Position numbers and translations under genes: made by a program | Sequence record: DRR378314_1079 | Direction: 5' to 3' (one strand) | DNA length: 20,000 nucleotides | Notes under the pieces: model-generated | Database searches by the model: none | Seen by the model: only the letters and a program-made list of their open reading frames with translations | What the model was told of the DNA's origin: nothing | Shown here: piece by piece, positions 15,522 through 20,000 of the stretch | Numbering within the stretch: position 1 is the first letter of the stretch | Layout: the number at the start of each line of letters is the position of its first letter

Positions 15522-16418
15522 CTAACCCGGTTTTCGCCAACGACGTACATGATCGACAAGTGCTCTGAGCTTCGGAGCCATGTTTCGACGTTGAGGAAAG
15601 TAGAGATAAAAACCGGGGAAGGGCGGTAAATAATCTTGAAAAAGTGGTTCGAGTTGCCCGGCGTCCAGATAGAGTCGGAAGTTTTCCTCCATTGCGAAAG
15701 TGATGCCTGCGCCTGAAAGCGCAGACCGAAGCATGAAGCGTAAATCGTTGGTAGTAATCTGCGGCTCAACCGCAACGTCGAATGGTTTGCCTCCCGCGAC
15801 GAACTCCCATCGGTAAGGGGCGACGTTGGGGCTTGGGCGCCAACCGATACAGCGGTGATTCACTAACTCCCGAGGGTGCGACGGTACGCCAAAGCGCGAC
15901 AGGTAGTCGGGCGATGCGACGGCTAACTGGCTCAGCTCGCCAGTAAGTGGCACCGCGATCATGTCCTGTTCGATGACCTCACCCAGACGCACTCCCGCGT
16001 CGAAACCTGCGGCAACAATGTCAAACTCCTCGTCAGTGACAGTAACGTCTATCGTCACTCCAGGATTGGCTTGGGCAAAGGCTGCAATCAGCGGGCCTGA
16101 CAGAAATGTCTCGGCAATCGACGTTACTGCAATCCGTAGAAGCCCCTTGGGGGCATCATCCGCGGCAATCTGCTCAAGGGCAGCGTCAATGTCTGACAGG
16201 GGTTGAGACAGGGCCTCTCGCAACCGTTTGCCGGCCTCCGTCAGCCGGACGGAACGAGTTGTACGGGTGACCAGAGTGGTTTCAAAAGCATCTTCCAGCC
16301 GACGAATGCCTTGACTGACTGCGGACCGGGTAACCCCGAGTCTGTCTGCGGCAGCGCGAAAGTTGTTCTCATCAGCAACTGCCAGAAACAGCGGCAGGAG
16401 GTTCATATCGATCTTCAT
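15522..16418 (-). CDS. LysR-family transcriptional regulator (CrgA/DmlR-like)
   Basis: N-terminal HTH FRAAADRLGVTRSAVSQ.IRRLE...LV.RTTRSVRLTEAG, GFDAGVRLGE. Divergent from the SDR gene. Confidence 0.94.
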   Translation of the reverse strand: MKIDMNLLPLFLAVADENNFRAAADRLGVTRSAVSQGIRRLEDAFETTLVTRTTRSVRLTEAGKRLREALSQPLSDIDAALEQIAADDAPKGLLRIAVTSIAETFLSGPLIAAFAQANPGVTIDVTVTDEEFDIVAAGFDAGVRLGEVIEQDMIAVPLTGELSQLAVASPDYLSRFGVPSHPRELVNHRCIGWRPSPNVAPYRWEFVAGGKPFDVAVEPQITTNDLRFMLRSALSGAGITFAMEENFRLYLDAGQLEPLFQDYLPPFPGFYLYFPQRRNMAPKLRALVDHVRRWRKPG

Positions 16419-16517
16419 TGTTAAGTACCGCTAACCAGCGAGTTCAGTTTTTGATGGATGCCGGAAACAGTTGAAGAAGTCCATATTAACGATTCAACTC
16501 GCATGAAGGAGAAACAC

Positions 16518-17240
16518 ATGAGCAAAGTCATTCTGATAACCGGAGCGTCCAGCGGTATTGGCGAAAGCATAGCGCGCGAACTTGGGGCCGCTGGCGCCAA
16601 AGTTATGCTGGGTGCCCGGCGAAAGGAAAGAATCGACACAATAGCGGCTGAAATTCAGGAGATGGGTGGTATCGCCAGAAGCCAGGTACTGGATGTTACC
16701 GATCGTCAGTCAATGGCTGCATTTGCTCTAACCGCTGTCGAGGCCTGGGGGCGTATAGACGTACTCGTGAACAACGCAGGAATAATGCCTCTTTCGCCGC
16801 TCTTTGCACTACATCACGATGAATGGGATCGCATGGTTGACGTTAACATCAAGGGTGTTCTTTGGGGTATCGGCGCCATGCTTCCCAGCATGGAGGCCCA
16901 GCAGAGCGGCCAGATCATCAATATCGGTTCAATCGGTGCACTGAACGTAGTGCCCACGGCATCCGTCTACTGTGGAACGAAGTATGCGGTCCGGGCCATC
17001 TCGGACGGTTTGCGTCAGGAAAGTTCCTATCTTCGCGTTACTTGTGTCAATCCAGGCGTCGTCAGGAGCGAGTTGGCGTCCACCATTACCCACGATGAAA
17101 CCAGAGACTTGATGGACGATTATCGCAGCATTGCGCTGGAGCCTGGTGACATTGCGCGTGCCGTTCGCCAGATAATCGAGGCACCGCAGAGTGTGGATAC
17201 TACTGAGATTACGATAAGGCCCACAGCATCATGCTGTTGA
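16518..17240 (+). CDS. Short-chain dehydrogenase/reductase (YdfG-like, NADP-type)
   Basis: TGASSGIG, GARR, NNAG, YCGTK (YxxxK), NPG. Start at ATG 16518 after AAGGAG. Confidence 0.93.
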   Translation: MSKVILITGASSGIGESIARELGAAGAKVMLGARRKERIDTIAAEIQEMGGIARSQVLDVTDRQSMAAFALTAVEAWGRIDVLVNNAGIMPLSPLFALHHDEWDRMVDVNIKGVLWGIGAMLPSMEAQQSGQIINIGSIGALNVVPTASVYCGTKYAVRAISDGLRQESSYLRVTCVNPGVVRSELASTITHDETRDLMDDYRSIALEPGDIARAVRQIIEAPQSVDTTEITIRPTASCC

Positions 17241-17390
17241 GCTGGAGTGGCTACCACTACCTCCGGGGCGCCTTACAACAACCAGTTCGTCTGGATATTC
17301 CAGATGCAGGATGGACGCGTGGTAGAGCCAGAGGCATTTCTGGACCTTGTAGCGTATCAGGAAGTTATAGATAACAATGAGCCGCGCTCA
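17241..17390 (+). pseudogene. 5'-truncated SnoaL/NTF2-like (ketosteroid isomerase-like) gene remnant
   Basis: ATTTSGAPYNNQFVWIFQMQDGRVVEPEAFLDL resembles the C-terminal third of NTF2-family proteins. No N-terminal part, and no own stop before the adjacent lysR 3' end. Confidence 0.7.
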
Positions 17391-18260
17391 GATACCTCCA
17401 TACTCCGCGACGGCCTTCTGCAGACAGCCGACGAACGTTACTGCCGGTGCTTGCAACCTGCGTCCGTGGAGGATACCAATTCTGCGTTGCAATCCGCCTG
17501 GTCCGATTGATAGTAAGCGCATACCGGCTGCGGGAGTGGGATGACTTATTGTCAGAGGGAGAATGGCTACGCCTAGCCCATTTTCAACCAGAGCCCAAAT
17601 GGCTGCGAGATCATCAATTTCGATGGACTCGTTTGGGGTGATTCCTTCGCGGTTTAGGAACCTGTCAACGATTCGACCACCATAGGAACCTCGGTCATAC
17701 CTGATGAAAGGAGCCATACGCATCAATTCGCGCCAATCGTCGCCGTGGATAGTTGGCGGCACAGCGAGCACGAAGTTTTCCCGATGTAGCTCGATCCAAC
17801 TCAGCGGTTCCGGTACTCCAAAGGAAGGTTCCACCGTGATTGCCAGATCCAATTCACCTGCGTCCAGTGCGTCAAAGAGTTGCAGTGACAAACCGGGCTG
17901 GATATGTAGGCGTCTTTCTGGGTATTCCTGCCGAAAGGACGCCATGGCATGTGGCAGAAACGTTGCCTGTACTGATGCAATGGCTCCGATACGCATCGGG
18001 GCGGCGGTGTGATCCTCGTCAGCCAAGGCGAGGTTTTCGAACATGGTGATCAATACCTTCGCCCGCTCCAGGATGCGTTCTCCATCAGCGTTCAGAATAG
18101 CCGATCGCCCAACTCGATCGAAAATTGTTACACCGAAATAGTCCTCGAGGCGTTTGATCTGTGCGCTAACGGCGGTCTGCGTGAGGCCAATCCGCTCACC
18201 TGCGGATGTAAAGGTGCCATAACGCGCTACAGCTAATAGGGTCTTCAATTCAGGTATCAT
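17388..18260 (-). CDS. LysR-family transcriptional regulator
   Basis: GTFTSAGERIGLTQTAVSAQIKRLE HTH, GELDLAI, LVENGLGVAILP. Confidence 0.94.
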   Translation of the reverse strand: MIPELKTLLAVARYGTFTSAGERIGLTQTAVSAQIKRLEDYFGVTIFDRVGRSAILNADGERILERAKVLITMFENLALADEDHTAAPMRIGAIASVQATFLPHAMASFRQEYPERRLHIQPGLSLQLFDALDAGELDLAITVEPSFGVPEPLSWIELHRENFVLAVPPTIHGDDWRELMRMAPFIRYDRGSYGGRIVDRFLNREGITPNESIEIDDLAAIWALVENGLGVAILPLTISHPTPAAGMRLLSIGPGGLQRRIGILHGRRLQAPAVTFVGCLQKAVAEYGGI

Positions 18261-18265
18261 TGCTA

Positions 18266-18280
18266 ATCACACCAAATGAT
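18266..18280. promoter_or_regulatory. Putative LysR recognition site (T-N11-A)
   Basis: ATCA-N7-TGAT immediately upstream of the lysR start. A second dyad CATCAAAA...TTTTCGATG lies at 18287-18310. Confidence 0.5.
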
Positions 18281-18363
18281 CAATTGCATCAAAATATACG
18301 CTTTTCGATGAATGAATGTCATGAGTTACAGTGTTTGAAACTCTTCGTTTGAAGGACGAGATC

Positions 18364-18792
18364 ATGACCAAGACACGAATTCCCCCATTTCATCTTGCTT
18401 TTCCCGTCCATGATTTGGACGCAGCGCGTAAATTTTATGGCGGCCTCCTGAATTGTCTGGAAGGTCGTAGTTCAGACCAGTGGATCGACTTCGATTTTTA
18501 CGGCCACCAGATCGTTGCACATTTAGCACCTGACAATACGGACGGAGACTCTGCAAATGCGGTCGACGGCCATTCCGTCCCCGTACGTCATTTCGGCGTT
18601 GTTCTTGAGATGGATGAGTGGCATGTGTTGGCCGAACGCCTGGAGGCTGCGGATACAGACTTCATCATCGCGCCCTACACGCGCTTCAAGGGTGCACCGG
18701 GAGAACAGGCCACCATGTTCTTTCGCGACCCCAGCGGTAATGCAGTTGAAATGAAGGCTTTTGCCAATCTGTCAGCCCTGTTCGCAAAATGA
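18364..18792 (+). CDS. VOC (glyoxalase/extradiol dioxygenase-like) family protein
   Basis: [52 protein letters not shown]. Start at ATG 18364 after AAGGA. Confidence 0.92.
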   Translation: MTKTRIPPFHLAFPVHDLDAARKFYGGLLNCLEGRSSDQWIDFDFYGHQIVAHLAPDNTDGDSANAVDGHSVPVRHFGVVLEMDEWHVLAERLEAADTDFIIAPYTRFKGAPGEQATMFFRDPSGNAVEMKAFANLSALFAK

Positions 18793-18802
18793 GGACACGT
18801 GT

Positions 18803-19798
18803 GTGAGAAGAATTAATGTAGCCATCGCTGGCATTGGCGGCGTGGGAAGAAGGGTGGCCGAGCTTCTTTTTGCGCGGCAGGAACGTTATGCGCGAGTTCA
18901 TGGCGTGGATGTCAGGTTGGTCGCTGCCTGCGGGTCTCGAGCAGGTATCGCTTGCCTGGATGGCCTGCGTGAAAGTGACCTTGCCGAGCTTATACCCGGC
19001 CAGTGTGGCCCCGACTTTCTGCTCAATGCGTACCCAGACGTTTTAATTGAGGCAGGTCCAACCGACATTCTCACTGGCCAGCCGGGTGCGGACTATATTG
19101 GTCGAGCACTTGATCACGGCGTTCACGCCATCGTCATATCAAAGGGGGCCCTGGTCGTATACGGTCAATCGCTTCGAGCCAAGGCCGCCGAAAACAGGGC
19201 AATGTTGAAGGTCTCAGGGGCGACCGCTGCGGCCCTGCCAACCATTGATCTGCTGGAACACGGTTTAATGGGGTGTGAGATACTCGGTATCGAGGGCATC
19301 CTGAACGCAACGACAAATTACCTGCTAAGCGCCATGGCCGAGGATGGAGTCAGCCTTAATAGCGCTCTGAAAGAGGCGCAGGAAAGAGGCATGGCGGAAA
19401 GCGATCCGAGCAAAGATATCGAGGGATGGGATACGGCTGCAAAACTGCTGATCCTCGCCAACTTTGGTCTTGGTGCGGATCTGTCGCTGGAAAACATCGC
19501 CGTCGAAGGAATTGAGCGCGTCTGCCCCCAGACCATTGATGAGTGGCGAAACCAGGGGCAAGTGCCAAAGCTGATAGGCCGTGTAACACTGGGAGATGGC
19601 GGGTGCCGTGGCAGTGTTCGTGTCGAGCCCGTTCCAGCCGATGACGTCTTCGCGCTTGTCACCGGAAAAACTAAGGCTCTGCGTGTTCACACCGACGTTA
19701 TGGGAGACATCATTTCCATCGGCTATGGCTCAGGGCCGACGGCCACAGCAGCTGCTGCTCTGAAAGATCTGGAGCATATCCTGACGAAGCTTCCATAA
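18803..19798 (+). CDS. Homoserine dehydrogenase-like protein (short form, no ACT domain)
   Basis: GIGGVG Rossmann motif, GILNATTNYLL, AQERGMAESDPSKDIEGWDTAAKL, G.GSGP..TAAA. GTG start at 18803 after GAGGA. Confidence 0.88.
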   Translation: MRRINVAIAGIGGVGRRVAELLFARQERYARVHGVDVRLVAACGSRAGIACLDGLRESDLAELIPGQCGPDFLLNAYPDVLIEAGPTDILTGQPGADYIGRALDHGVHAIVISKGALVVYGQSLRAKAAENRAMLKVSGATAAALPTIDLLEHGLMGCEILGIEGILNATTNYLLSAMAEDGVSLNSALKEAQERGMAESDPSKDIEGWDTAAKLLILANFGLGADLSLENIAVEGIERVCPQTIDEWRNQGQVPKLIGRVTLGDGGCRGSVRVEPVPADDVFALVTGKTKALRVHTDVMGDIISIGYGSGPTATAAAALKDLEHILTKLP

Positions 19799-19891
19799 CG
19801 ATCGTTAGGAACAATGACGGTGCCCAAATCGCTGTCGCGACTTGTCGAACGCAGGTTCTCATCAGGGCTAACGAGTAAACCAGAGTTCCAC

Positions 19892-19922
19892 AAAAAAGCC
19901 CCGCATCTAGCGGGGCTTTCTT
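19892..19922. terminator. Rho-independent terminator downstream of tRNA-Arg (probably bidirectional)
   Basis: AAAGCCCCGC-atcta-GCGGGGCTTT stem. U6 tract on the minus strand, TTTCTT on the plus strand. Confidence 0.88.
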
Positions 19923-19930
19923 GAGAAAGA

Positions 19931-20000
<70 letters not shown>

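Overview
Bacterial window; the argX-type tRNA and A-rich leaders suggest a gammaproteobacterium, possibly Marinobacter-like (inference only). Positions 1-15246 are a compact formate dehydrogenase locus. It holds the 5' part of a Tat-exported, Cys-type FdhA, a small Tat-signal protein, a TorD/DmsD chaperone and DUF3306/DUF3305. A divergent operon encodes a 659-aa multi-[4Fe-4S] protein, Mrp/ApbC, a degenerate biotin-ligase-fold protein and a DUF6505-like protein. A convergent tupB-tupC-tupA-fdhD-mobA-mobB-moeA operon follows, then a divergent excisionase-HTH/PBP regulator and a MOT1-family molybdate transporter. Positions ~15250-19900 are a patchwork of accessory cassettes: a damaged DUF3565 gene, LysR+SDR, a SnoaL/NTF2 remnant, and LysR+VOC+homoserine-dehydrogenase-like genes. 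These lie downstream of the 3' end of tRNA-Arg(CCG). The best candidates for undescribed biology are the HdrA/MvhD-like architecture of the Fe-S protein with its pseudo-BirA and DUF partners, and a possible W/Mo uptake switch run by the HTH-PBP regulator.
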